Positions 9,604-20,345 are shown, counted from the stretch's first letter. The stretch: 21,072 nt of DNA from Octopus sinensis (GCF_006345805.1 NW_021836776.1:1-21072); one strand, 5' to 3'. The notes: generated from the letters alone by a model not told the origin. Translations and numbers: made by a program.

Positions 9604-9751
9604 GTTATTGTTACTGTATACTTTCAGTTTGTATTGCATTGCGCATAATGAAATTCATTCGCTTTCCTATCATTTCTTCTAATTTCACTGAATAATATCA
9701 AACAATAACGTACTAGATGATACTATGTTGTGTGATAAAAATAAAATAAAT

Positions 9752-9998
9752 GCGCCCTTTTAAAGCCTAGCCAGGCTCATGGGCCCGATTTCCCGGTTTC
9801 AATGGCGTATGTGTTCCCCAGTTGGACGGGACGCCACTCCATCTCAGCGTTACTTATTTTTACCAGCTGAGTGGACTGGAGCAACAGGAAATGAAGTGTT
9901 TTGCTCAAGAGCACAACGCGTCGCTCGGCCCAGGAAACGAAACCACAATCTTATGATTATGATGCTGATACCCTAACCACTAAGCCACGCGCCTCCAC
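9752..9998 (-). mobile_element. tRNA-derived SINE, family C (CORE/V-like core)
   Basis: Minus strand: GTGGAGGCGCGTGGCTTAGTGGTTAGGG (A-box), GGTTTCGTTTCC (B-box), TGTGCTCTTGAGCAAAACACTT core, GGCTTTAAAAGGGCGC end. Confidence 0.8.
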
Positions 9999-10164
9999 AT
10001 GTTTTGTAATAACCGGAAGTAATTTATGGAATGGTTAAAACTGTATGAACTTTTTTTCTGAAGAAAAAAACAACAACATTAAAACCAAAAGAATGTAGAC
10101 ATAATTATCATATACGCCCTCGAGAACCTAAAACTGCAAAATTTTTATCAAAAAATATGCAATA

Positions 10165-10330
10165 GGCGTAGGAGTGGCTGTGTGGTAAGTAGCTTGCTTA
10201 CGAACCACATGGTTCCGGGTCAGTCCCACTGTGTGGCACCTTGGGCAAGTGTCTTCTACTATAAAGCCTCGGGCCGACCAAAGCCTTGTGAGTGGATTTG
10301 GTAGACGGAAACTGAAAGAAGCCCGTCGTA

Positions 10331-10393
<63 letters not shown>

Positions 10394-10520
10394 TGTGTGT
10401 GTATATGTTTGTGTGTCTGTGTTTGACCAGCTTCCAAAGATAAGTCCTGGGGGTGGATTTGCTCGACTAAGGCGGTGCTCCAGCATGGCCACAGTCAAAT
10501 GACTGAAACAAGTAAAAAGA
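10165..10520 (+). mobile_element. Family B SINE with an internal deletion of about 90 nt
   Basis: Head and tail intact; the segment between GTGTTTG and ACCAG is missing relative to 7547-7964. Confidence 0.9.
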
Positions 10521-10543
10521 TTTTAAAAAAGAGTAATATCATA

Positions 10544-10630
10544 GGAGCAGACATGACTGTGTAGTTAAGAAGCTTGCTTTGTAACCACGAGGTTTCGGGT
10601 TCAGTACCACCGAAACAAATAAAAGATAAA
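10544..10630 (+). mobile_element. Mini-SINE (family B-like head fused to tail); duplicated at 11153-11239
   Basis: GGAGCAGACATGACTGTGTAGTTAAG..GGTTCAGTACCAC joined directly to CGAAACAAATAAAAGATAAA. Confidence 0.65.
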
Positions 10631-10807
10631 TGAAGATAATAGAAGATTATGACGAAACTAACGTGTCATGGATGACACAAAACTGTAGTTACTTACATTA
10701 ACAGATAATCTTTAGTAATTATTAACGATTATACACTCATTCATTGGTCGTTAGCAGGCAACAAGGTGACGGTCGTGAACGTTTCGTTTTTATTAAACTT
10801 CACCATG

Positions 10808-11128
10808 GGCGCAGGAGTGACTGTGTGGTTAGTAGCTTGTTTACCAACCACATGTCCCGGTTCAGTCCCACTGCGTGGCACCTTGGGCAAGTGTCTTCTA
10901 CTATAGCCTCGCGCCGACCAAAGCTTTGTGAGTGGATTTGGTAGACGGAAACTGAAAGAGCTCATCGTATATATTATATATATATATATATATGTATTGT
11001 GTGTTGTATATGTTTGTGTGTCTGTGTTTGACCAGGCTTCCAAAGAATAAGTCCTGCGGGGTGGATTTGCTCGACTAAGGCGGTGTGCTCCAGCATGGCC
11101 ACAGTCAAATGACTGAAACAAGTAAAAG
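10808..11128 (+). mobile_element. Chimeric family B SINE
   Basis: The 5' half carries the diagnostic bases of the 11417 copy; the 3' half carries the deletion of the 10165 copy. Confidence 0.9.
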
Positions 11129-11416
11129 ATTTTAAAAAAGAGTAATATCATAGGAGCAGACATGACTGTGTAGTTAAGAAGCTTGCTTTGTAACCACGAG
11201 GTTTCGGGTTCAGTACCACCGAAACAAATAAAAGATAAATGAAGATAATAGAAGATTATGACGAAACTAACGTGTCATGGATGACACAAAACTGTAGTTA
11301 CTTACATTAACAGATAATCTTTAGTAATTATTAACGATTATACACTCATTCATTGGTCGTTAGCAGGCAACAAGGTGACGGTCGTGAACGTTTCGTTTTT
11401 ATTAAACTTCACCATG

Positions 11417-11818
11417 GGCGCAGGAGTGACTGTGTGGTTAGTAGCTTGTTTACCAACCACATGGTCCCGGGTTCAGTCCCACTGCGTGGCACCTTGGGCA
11501 AGTGTCTTCTACTATAGCCTCGCGCCGACCAAAGCTTTGTGAGTGGATTTGGTAGACGGGGAAACTGAAAGAAGTCATCGTATATATATATATATATATA
11601 TATAGAAATGTGTGTGTTGTGTGTCTGTGTTTGTCCCCCTAGCATTGCTTGACAACCGATGCTGGTTGTTTATGTCCCCGTTACTTAGCGGTTCGGCAAA
11701 AGAGACCGATAGAATAAGTACTGGGCTTACAAAAGAATAAGTCCCAGAGTCGAGTTGCTCGATTAAAGGCGGTGCTCCAGCATGGCCGCAGTCAGATGAC
11801 TGAAATAAGTAAGAGAGT
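11417..11818 (+). mobile_element. Family B SINE, full length
   Basis: Colinear with 7547-7964. Confidence 0.92.
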
Positions 11819-12287
11819 ATAGCATAGTCGACTGACCTTACCCCAAGACGAAATTTTCCTTCTTTACGTAAAAATTCAATTTTCTGAGAAATTGATTTTT
11901 AATTTTTTGAAATTATCTCCCGTTTTCTCCGAGAGATGCTAACAATTGATTGTTTTGTTTGTTTTTTTTCCTACTACGAAGTTAGTTTCCATTCATTTAT
12001 CAATTGCTTACGAAAACCATACACTACATCCTCACCTAATTGAATTAAATAAACTCATGCTTTTGGCTCATTCTGTTATTTCTTTTAGTTAATTTTTCGT
12101 AATTTTTAACGAGTCTTAAACTTATCATTTTAAGATAACGAAACACTTTTTAATTTTCCAGTTTTTCTCCTGATTTCAGTTCTGAGTACCATGTCGTATG
12201 CATTTACAACAAAGAAGTAAAATGGCTATCACATTGTGCTCAATTTACGACAAGGCTTATTACATTATTAAACGCTCCATCCATCCA

Positions 12288-12658
12288 GAGAGGCGGTTGG
12301 ATGGAACTTACACTCGCCTCCTTATGAGAGCTCAAAATCTCTCGTGGAGGCGTCATCCAACCAAAGTACAAATAAATATATGGGAAACTAGCACCTGTGT
12401 CATCTCTTGTGAAAGGTAGAAGGGTCCAGTTTGCTGGACATTGTTGTAGAGCTGAAAACGAGGTAATTTCTACTCTTCTCCTCTGGAAGCCATCTGCTCT
12501 CGATACCAGAGGGCGCACACTCTCCTACCCTGATGTAATCTCCAAGGATATAGGCATCCAGCAACAGGATCTCCGTGGTGCTATTATGGACTGTGAAGTC
12601 TGGCGTGGCATAGTGAATTCCATTGTCTCGACCACGGTCGAACAATGATGATGATGAT
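12288..12658 (+). mobile_element. 5'-truncated RTE-type LINE 3' fragment with a (TGA)n tail
   Basis: Frameshifted homolog of 16230-16722 (RRLDGTYTRLLMRAQNLSW..RRVQFAGHC..VWRGIVNS). Confidence 0.85.
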
Positions 12659-13839
12659 TAAGCGCTAAGTTTGCTCACAAATTCATTATGATAGCTTGGC
12701 TGGTGACACGATAGAAACCATCGACACTTTGACAAGTAATCCACCATTCCTGTCGACCTCTTGTGAAATTCAGTATTAATTTCTATCCTAGCATTATTTC
12801 ATTTGAAAGGAACTGAATTTATAGATATCAATAACGGAAATAAAATGAGTTTTGACCAGAAGAAATGTCTTAAGATCTTTCTTTAACAACATTTAAATCA
12901 AATTCATTGTTCTGGGTTCGGTTTCTTAATTTATAACTGGGTCGGGCTGATGGTATTAGAATTTTTTTTTTTCTTAGTTTACTGATAATTTGCTAATATG
13001 CTGCGGGAAAACGTAAACAAGCTATTTGCACTTCAATGATACGAAAAGGAAATATTTCGGTTAGATAATGACTGGCAGATGCTATAAAATAAATAAATTG
13101 TATCTGTCGACTTAAATAATACAGTAATATCCATAAGTGTTCACTTCCGTTGCGACTTCTACTCAACAGTTGAAGCGAGCATTACTCTTTGCCTTCGTTA
13201 TATAACTGTGTTTGTAGTTGGTCCCATACCCGTTTGAGAGAATAAAGGGGTGAGGTAGTTATCAGCTTGATTCTTGTAAAAAGAAAAACAAAAAAAAAAA
13301 AACAAAAAGAAAGGCACCAAATGCTACCGAAGTAAATAATTTCCTGATGTTCCTGAGAGGACAGAAGGAAATAAATTAAATACAAGTACTTTTTTTTTTA
13401 TAGACTACAGAAGCATAACATTTTAGTTCCATTCAAAAGTTTGCTGATAAGTCACTATTTAAGTACTCTTTGAACTCTCAAAATGTATAGTGGCCGCAAA
13501 CATACGATGCTTAATTCCAACTCCAAAACCTACATTGAAAAATGTACTAAAAGCTAGAGTTATACTACCCAGAAAAACTTGAATGTGTCAAAGCAAACCA
13601 TTGATATGTTAAACAGTAAATATTCTGTTTGGGTCTGTAACGAACTTAACCTGTGAGGTGTGTGTGAATATCTCTTGTGCACTTTTGGGGTGCACAAAGC
13701 AATCACTCTCACTAGCCGTTGCTTTAACAATCCAGATTCTCTACAAGTCGGAAACAACAAGACGCAGACGTAAAATATACATATAACTACTTTATTCTCT
13801 TTCTTGGTAAACAATAACAATAAGTGTGTTATCTGATAT

Positions 13840-14240
13840 CCTAGGTTCGGGCGCGCACCGCTATAAGTTAATAGATTGTAATATTTACAATCTTCAGCCC
13901 AAAAAGAGAAAGGGGTCAAGATGGCGTCGAACAATGGAGACGATGTTGGTCTGCAACAATTTTGGTTAAAAGTCTTCGGCCAAAGGACTGCTAGAATCTA
14001 ATCCTGACGGAGAGAATATATGCGTGACCGCCGCCTTCAATCGCTGGGTCCCAAGTCATTGGCTGCTGCTGCTAGCGGTCAAACGTTCTACGACCCCCTT
14101 GCCTCGCTAACTGCTACGTAGGCAATAGGGTCGTGCTGCCGGTGGTTCGCGCATGCGCGAGAGGGGCCTTCCTTTCTGTGCCTTGGTAAAGGCACCAACA
14201 CGCGCGAAATACAAATGGGCGGTGCGCGAGCGCGCGTTAT
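13840..14240. promoter_or_regulatory. CpG-rich candidate promoter, possibly bidirectional
   Basis: Local CpG and GC enrichment with a YY1-like AAGATGGCG (13918-13926), a CCAAT box on the minus strand (14058-14062), an NRF1-like palindrome TCGCGCATGCGCGA (14147-14160) and a GC box GGGCGG (14217-14222). No transcript evidence. Confidence 0.5.
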
Positions 14241-14424
14241 AATATCACTACAGGTCTATTATTTTTGCAAAGGCTTTGGCCAAGTAACCAGATTAAGAAA
14301 TTCCTCCCTTCTTCCCACCAGTCTCAGAGGTCTTGAAAAGTCCTCAGATTGATCCAATAAAAAAATTCAGCTTCATATTCTAATTTGGTCCCTGAATCTT
14401 CCAAATTTCTATTAAATAGAAACT

Positions 14425-14827
14425 GCGTAGGAGTGGTTGTGTGGTAAGTAGCTTGTTTACCAACCACATGGTTCTGGGTTCAGTCCCACTGCGTGGCATC
14501 TTGGGCAAGTGTCTTCTACTATAGCCTCGGGCCGACCAAAGCCTTGTGAGTGGATTTGGTAGACGGAAACTGAAAGAAGCACATCGTATATATATATATG
14601 TATATGTGTGTGTGCGTGTATGTTTGTGTTTGTCCCCCTAGCATCGCTTGACAACCGATGCTGGTGTGTTTATGTCCCCGTCACTTAGCGGTTCGGCAAA
14701 AGAGACCGATAGAATAAGTACTGGGCTTACAAAGAATAAGTCCCGGGGTCGAGTTGCTCGATTAAAGGTGGTGCTCCAGCATGGCCACAGTCAAATGACT
14801 GAAACAAGTAAAAGACAGTAAAGAGAG
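14425..14827 (+). mobile_element. Family B SINE, full length
   Basis: Colinear with 7547-7964. Confidence 0.92.
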
Positions 14828-15300
14828 CTCAAAAATTACCAAGCAAGTTTCAAATATAAGGTAAAAGGAAAATAACGTTGTTAGTTGTTGTTTATAGTCT
14901 TAGCACTGATTGATTGAGCAGATCTGTTATCGAAGGCGCTCCAGCCATGACCATTTCAGCTTTTTTAAGAGGATAGGATTTGATTTGAAAGTAATTTGAA
15001 TGATGTATTTTGCATGTCAAGCGATTATATGGAAGCTTCCTCGTAGGCTCGAAACGTTTTTAGTTGGTATCATGAGAGAATGATAAATTAATTCACATGT
15101 GGATCACATAAAGATGATATCTCACCGAGACACATCTGACAAAGAGACAAATATTTCCAAAAGGTTCAGCGCTCACGATTATAAATTGGTAGCATGGAAG
15201 TTCACAATTTACCCATCTTAAATAGTTTAGGTAATTGTAACTGACGAATTACTACAGTACGCAGTTCAGTCGAAGATTTTACAACCCATTATATGCAGAG

Positions 15301-15331
<31 letters not shown>

Positions 15332-15378
15332 AGCAGAGAGGCAGAGACACAGAAAGACAGACAGACAGATAGACAGAG
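15301..15378. repeat. (GA)n/(GACA)n microsatellite
   Basis: Direct reading. Confidence 0.9.
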
Positions 15379-15779
15379 GTAGCAGTCTTTCTTAACTGTG
15401 AACACTCATGCTAAATACAAATACACCGCATCCGAATGAACTTCTGTTTTTGTTTGTTTTTTTGTGACTAGAAACAATTTTTCTAGAAGCTAGGGTTAGA
15501 TTAAAACATCATGTTCTTTACGCATAAACCGAGATCATGTCACGTTTGCTAAACATTAGTAATCTACGGTTACATGACGGCATCACTTTTTACGCAAATT
15601 ATTATTACTGGCCTATTTTCGAGAAAAGATAAAGACCTCATAGCTCCTTTGTTATGATGAAACAAAACTATACACAATCAGCTGAACGATTAGGTTTGAT
15701 CTACATAGTTCTAGATAAACCATATCATCATTTGGCAGTTAGTGTTTCTCTGTACACATCACGAGTGGTATGCGTCTTA

Positions 15780-16200
15780 GTTCAGTGTAAAGGGAAGGGT
15801 GGACTAAAGCGGTTATTAATACTAGTTATTTTCGTATGTATCTGCTGTTTTTCTAGCTCAGTGGGAGAGAGAGGGAAAGATTGTATTTTGGGGACGTTTT
15901 GAGTGTATTGTACACTCTATTGTCTAGGTGTTTGGCGACAGGGATTGTGAAGGTTGGAGTTTGTTGTGACAACAAACTGCGACATGTCCGGGTGGTCTTT
16001 CACTTTTAAAATTAAGATTCCGTTGTTTAGGTTGTCTATAGGCGTGGTGCATGTGCATCCTGTGATGATGAAATGCGCTGTATTATGTTTGAGCTTTTGT
16101 ACTTCATTGTGGTTTATTATGGAGAGTTTAAGGGAGCAGAGTTGGCATAATCTATATCTATAACGTATTGCACACATTTTTCTGGCTTCTCTGTTGGTCT
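15780..16200 (-). mobile_element. Heavily decayed Penelope-like endonuclease-region fragment
   Basis: A/C-rich minus strand. Scattered peptides in the expected order across frames: RYRLCQLC, GCTCTT, PVAKHLD, TIFP, INNRFSPPF. These parallel CGIC, FTCTS, FSQHID, RIFP and ITKYRPLLN in the 19718 ORF. The GIY-YIG core itself is not seen. Confidence 0.45.
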
Positions 16201-16229
16201 AATATAGTATATATAACTATATCTATAAC

Positions 16230-16722
16230 TGTAATGACATGCATAAGATCTGGTCATCAAATCTAAGTAGAGACTTCAAACTTGAAATCTTCAAAGCCAC
16301 AGTCGAACCAATTCTACTATATGTCTCAGAAACCTGGACGTTATCAAAGAAGCTTGAGAGGCGGTTGGATGGAACCTACACTCGCCTCCTTATGAGAGCT
16401 CAAAATCTCTCGTGGAAGCGCCATCCAACCAAAATGCAAATATATGGGAAACTACCACCTGTGTCATCTCTTGTGAAAGGTAGGAGAGTTCAGTTTGCTG
16501 GACATTGTTGTAGAGCTGAAAAAGAGGTAATTTCTACTCTTCTCCTCTGGAAGCCATCTACTCGCAATACCAGAAGGCGCACACTCTCCTACCCTGATGT
16601 AATCTCCAGGGATACAGGCATCCAGCAACAGGACCTCCGTAATGCCATGATGGACCGTGAAGTCTGGCGTAGCATAGTGAATTCCATTGTCTCGACCACG
16701 GTCGAACAATGATGATGATGAT
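16230..16722 (+). mobile_element. 5'-truncated RTE-type LINE 3' fragment (open frame 16239-16712) with a (TGA)n tail
   Basis: KLEIFKATVEPILLYVSETWTL..RRVQFAGHC..VWR matches the post-RT C-terminal region of RTE-clade ORFs (LLYGSETW motif). 3' hairpin TCGACC-AC-GGTCGA precedes the TGA repeats. Confidence 0.88.
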
Positions 16723-17320
16723 ATCCTTTGTTTTGTTTTTTTTAAATATGTTTTTATGTGCTGTGAATATTATGGTGGTATTGTATATAACTTTAGTTGT
16801 GTTATTCTTCTGTAAGATATGTTTGTAGAACAGAAATGTGATGTTGTAACATCAATTAGGATGTGGGTATCTTTTTCCCAGAGGCACCAGGATCGTAATC
16901 CGAGAAACTGACTCCAAACAAGATTGAAATTGTATTACAATCTCAGATATTGAGGCTTACAACATTACGATGCTCGTCTCATTGAAATGCATTTCTATGT
17001 TAGACATGGAGAATCAGAGTTTGTGATGTACAAATGTTCTCAGTCATTAGCTGCGTTAGTGAAGTAAAATTACTTCAACTTAGAATTAACTAGAAATATC
17101 ACCGAATTTTTTGAAAGCGACGGATAATAAAATTAGGGGAAACTAGTTAAAAGATATAGCGGTATTTAGTTATACTTTTTTATATTCGGTTTTCAAAACC
17201 TAACGTGATCAACTTAGTGCTTTATCTCTGTGAAGTCGATAAAATAAGTAACAATAATACACTCAAACCACTTTCCCGAAGATCGTGGCATTGTCTCAGT
17301 ATAAGGAACCAATGTTGGTC

Positions 17321-17514
17321 TCAAATTTTGGCACAGGGTCAGCAATTTCGGGCTAAGTCGATTACATCGACCCCAGTACTCAACGGGTACTTATTTTATC
17401 GACCTCAAAAGGGATGGAAGGCAAAGTCGACCTCGGCGGAATTTGAACCCAGATCATACAAAATGCTCGTAAGCATTTTGCTCAGCGTGCTAACAGTTCT
17501 GCCAGCTCACCGCC
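17321..17514 (-). mobile_element. Older family A SINE
   Basis: GGCGGTGAGCTGGCAGAAC head, GGGTTCAAATTCCGCCGAGGTCGAC body, CAAAATTTGA end. Confidence 0.85.
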
Positions 17515-17537
17515 TTAGAAGAAACTAATATTACTAA

Positions 17538-17935
17538 TCTTTATATATAAAAGTCAAGTTGTGTGTCTGTCTCCTACGATTTAGATTCCTAACTACTCCC
17601 ACATTTTGCGGTGCAGTTTAACCAAAACCGGGTATCTTATAGTCGTGATTCATATCGAGCCCTTCTGGGTATTAGCGCGCGTCTACGATGAGTCTACGAT
17701 TAAAAAAAAAATTACCATCATTTTTTTCCATTTTATGCATTTTTTTCGCTATTATATAAGGGAAGTAACTCTATAAAAATGTCTACGATGAGTCAACGAT
17801 TTAAAAAAAAATTTACCATAATTTTTTTTTCCATTTTTAATGCATTTTTTTGCTATTTTTTGGCTATAACTCTCTAAAAATGCTTATGTAGTTATTTCCC
17901 TTACAAACCCGAGCAACGCCGGGCGATACTGCTAG
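17538..17935 (+). mobile_element. Non-autonomous Helitron
   Basis: A|TC 5' end, subterminal hairpin CCCGAGCAACGCCGGG (17908-17923), CTAG|T 3' end, no TSD, and an internal 100-bp tandem duplication. Confidence 0.85.
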
Positions 17936-18253
17936 TATTACATAATGAATTGATTTTATGTCCAGTATTGCGCTCCATAGCCGTGTCATTTCTGTTCTCA
18001 TGCAGAGTCATGCAGTGAGAGGCAATCATCTAAAATTAAAGACAGGGTTTCCAAAATTAGGAATTAATAAGAAAAAAAATAGTTAGCGAATGTCTTTATC
18101 CTTTTTCATTGTGGGAAATTAGAATGCTTTTCCCATCGCCCCATTAAATACAAGTTATGAATCAGACCCGTTTCAGCTTCGTCTGCTCAGTCTCCATCTC
18201 TGCCCCCTCTCTTCCTTTCATTCTTTCTGTTTCCCCTCTTCTCTATCTAGCTA

Positions 18254-18255
<2 letters not shown>

Positions 18256-18300
<45 letters not shown>
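18256..18300. repeat. (GT)n microsatellite
   Basis: Direct reading. Confidence 0.95.
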
Positions 18301-18304
<4 letters not shown>

Positions 18305-18906
18305 ACATTCCACGCTTAACACCCACAATTCGAGTTACAGTCTCAAATTTATTTAAATCTTTTTCTCACTATCTCAGACTATGTGAATCATTTTTCCGTT
18401 GTTGCACCGTAAATAACAGATGGTTTAACAAATAATAAACAGTACCAACATTATCTAACGATAATGTGACACATAAAAAATAAAAATAGGATGTACTTCC
18501 TTGTATCACTCACAAAAATTCCTGAGAAAGATAAAGAAATATAAAATTGATATGAATATTTGTGCTATGAATATGATAAAAATATATTTAACAACTATTT
18601 CTGGGGGTGGCAGAGTGACAAAAAGGAACTAAGTAATTGCTTTATAGTATATAATTTTACCCTTTTACGTGCTAATTTTTGCCCTTCGCTTCCCGCTTCT
18701 ATGGTTGGTAAAATAAATATCAATTCTATAATGGAAGATTAAGTCGACTACACTCTTTCCCGATACGCACGTGTAATGTAAGATAATTAAAACATTTCAT
18801 CATTGCATCATATCACAAATTAAGTTAGCTCCCACTGAAACATCTATCGGTTATATTGGTTATGAAGAAAACGTCCCTTAATAAAAGAAGAAGAAAAATG
18901 TGTGTG

Positions 18907-20345
18907 CATCGCATCAAAAAAGAATTCGGGATAGAAGGGCTAAAATCCATCTTGGAGAATAACTACTTCGTCTTCAAAGACAACTTCTATCGACAAAAAT
19001 GGGAGACTGCGATGGTACGAGAATGGCCCCCTCCTTGTCATGGGATATCTAGAAATTAGTCTTTATCGTAAGGTTCTAGAAAAATACGGCAGCCCATTCT
19101 CCCTCTACATAGAAAACAACTGGAAGAGTTATCAGTATGACTGTTTCATTCTTTGGCATGAAAGTATAAAGATACTTAAATAATTTCAAAGCACTTATAA
19201 ATGGACTTGACGTAAACATTCAATTCACGATGGAATATAGCTATTAACAACTTCCCTTCCTCGACATCCTCATTAAGAAATCTAACAACGTAATAGAAAC
19301 AGATATATACTATAAGCCCACGGACTCCAAGCAATATCTACCGTTCTACTCATGCCACCCCAGACACACCAGAATTAATATCCCCTTCAACCTAGCAAAA
19401 AGGATATGTACTATAGTTTCTAATGCAAACACCAGAGACACACGACTGCATGAACTAAAGGATACACTCATCACCAGCAACAACCTACCTTCACTAATTG
19501 ACATATGCTTTCAACGTGCCCTGCAACTCAACATCCACGAACTCAGATATCCCAAATTAAAAAAGGATTTACAACCATACATCTCCACACACAACCCTCT
19601 AAACAATGAAGCCTTCGACACCATCCTTCAAAACATTCCCCCGCTAAAAAAGGACCACAGAATGAACTTAATCCTCCAAACACACACCATCATAAAAGCA
19701 AGAGACAACCCAAATCTATGAAAAGTTTCCTAATACAAGCCCAAATACACTCAACAACAACAAAGAAGCCGTCGGTAAAAGTATGTGGAAGTCCCAACTG
19801 TGGGATATGCGGCAATTTAATTGAGGGATCAGAGTTCTCCCTCAAACAGGGACAACGTTTCACAGTGAAAAGCAGCTTCACATGTACTTCGGAAATTCTG
19901 ATATACGCACTAACCTACTCTTGGTGTCAAGAGCAATACATAGGCCAAACAAAAAACAGTCTACGTAAAAGAATGGCTCTGCACAGATCTCAGATCAAAA
20001 TTCCCCAAAACAGAAAAATAGCATTCAGCCAACACATCGACATTTGCGCCAATAACAAAAATCCAAGCTTCAGAATTTTTCCCCTCTACCAATTCAGGGG
20101 CGATACAACCTGTAGTCAACGAATTAGTAAAGATACTCTTTTTATTACAAAATACAGACCCCTTTTGAACGCATCTACAACAAGCTACATATCCATCACG
20201 GCCTTAGAATAACACAAACACACGCAAATATTAAAAATGATACACTCAAGAGATTCCCAAGAATTCATTTAAAAACAGTTCCAATCACTGCTATAATCCA
20301 TAACGAGTCGCTTTTAGGTTACTTGACCATTTAACATCCTACTAC
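18907..20345 (+). mobile_element. 5'-truncated, decayed Penelope-like element (RT C-terminal half plus GIY-YIG endonuclease), Neptune-like
   Basis: Across frameshifts: LKSILENNYF..TAM(G)TRMAPS..WK..DCFILW..LPFLDILI..TDIYYKPTDSKQYL..SCHPRH..IPFNLAKRICTIVS, then CGSPNCGIC, FTCTS, LIYALT..C..YIGQT..H..H..YRPLLN. The RT YxDD motif is corrupted. Confidence 0.92.
19718..20212 (+). pseudogene. GIY-YIG endonuclease portion of the Penelope-like element (still an open frame, but disconnected from RT by a frameshift)
   Basis: ORF track: LIYALTYSWCQEQYIGQTKNSLRKRMALHRSQI. The first Cys of the expected CxxC appears as Tyr. Confidence 0.85.

Larger units (their letters stand above)
10390..11600 (+). repeat. 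609-bp direct tandem duplication
   Basis: 10521-10807 and 11130-11416 are identical; the flanking SINE halves are duplicated as well. Confidence 0.95.

Noticed and set aside
13230-13272. Possible 43-nt minus-strand exon (long pyrimidine tract, AAG acceptor, GG|GTATGG donor; NQADNYLTPLFSQT)
   Set aside because: The tract may simply be a poly(A) run on the other strand, the peptide is unrecognised, and no partner exons are supported.
14041-14082. GGGTCCCAAG, resembling the twister ribozyme L4 motif
   Set aside because: No UAA cleavage loop and no downstream GAG-GG pseudoknot partner; P4 pairing is absent.
6527-14654. Recurrent ORFs such as MTTDAGV.., RRHLPKMPRSGTEPGTMWL.. and MKSITLTPVRNWY..
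   Set aside because: They recur because they are read from SINE copies; the same applies to 20342 and 20643 (CTT repeats).
12400-16709. Minus-strand ORFs MFDRGRDNGIHYATPDF.. present twice
   Set aside because: They are antisense frames of the two RTE fragments.
16870-16930. Good acceptor TCTTTTTCCCAG followed by ..ETDSKQ
   Set aside because: All frames close within about 15 codons with no convincing donor; the TDSKQ match to PLE RT is too short to count.
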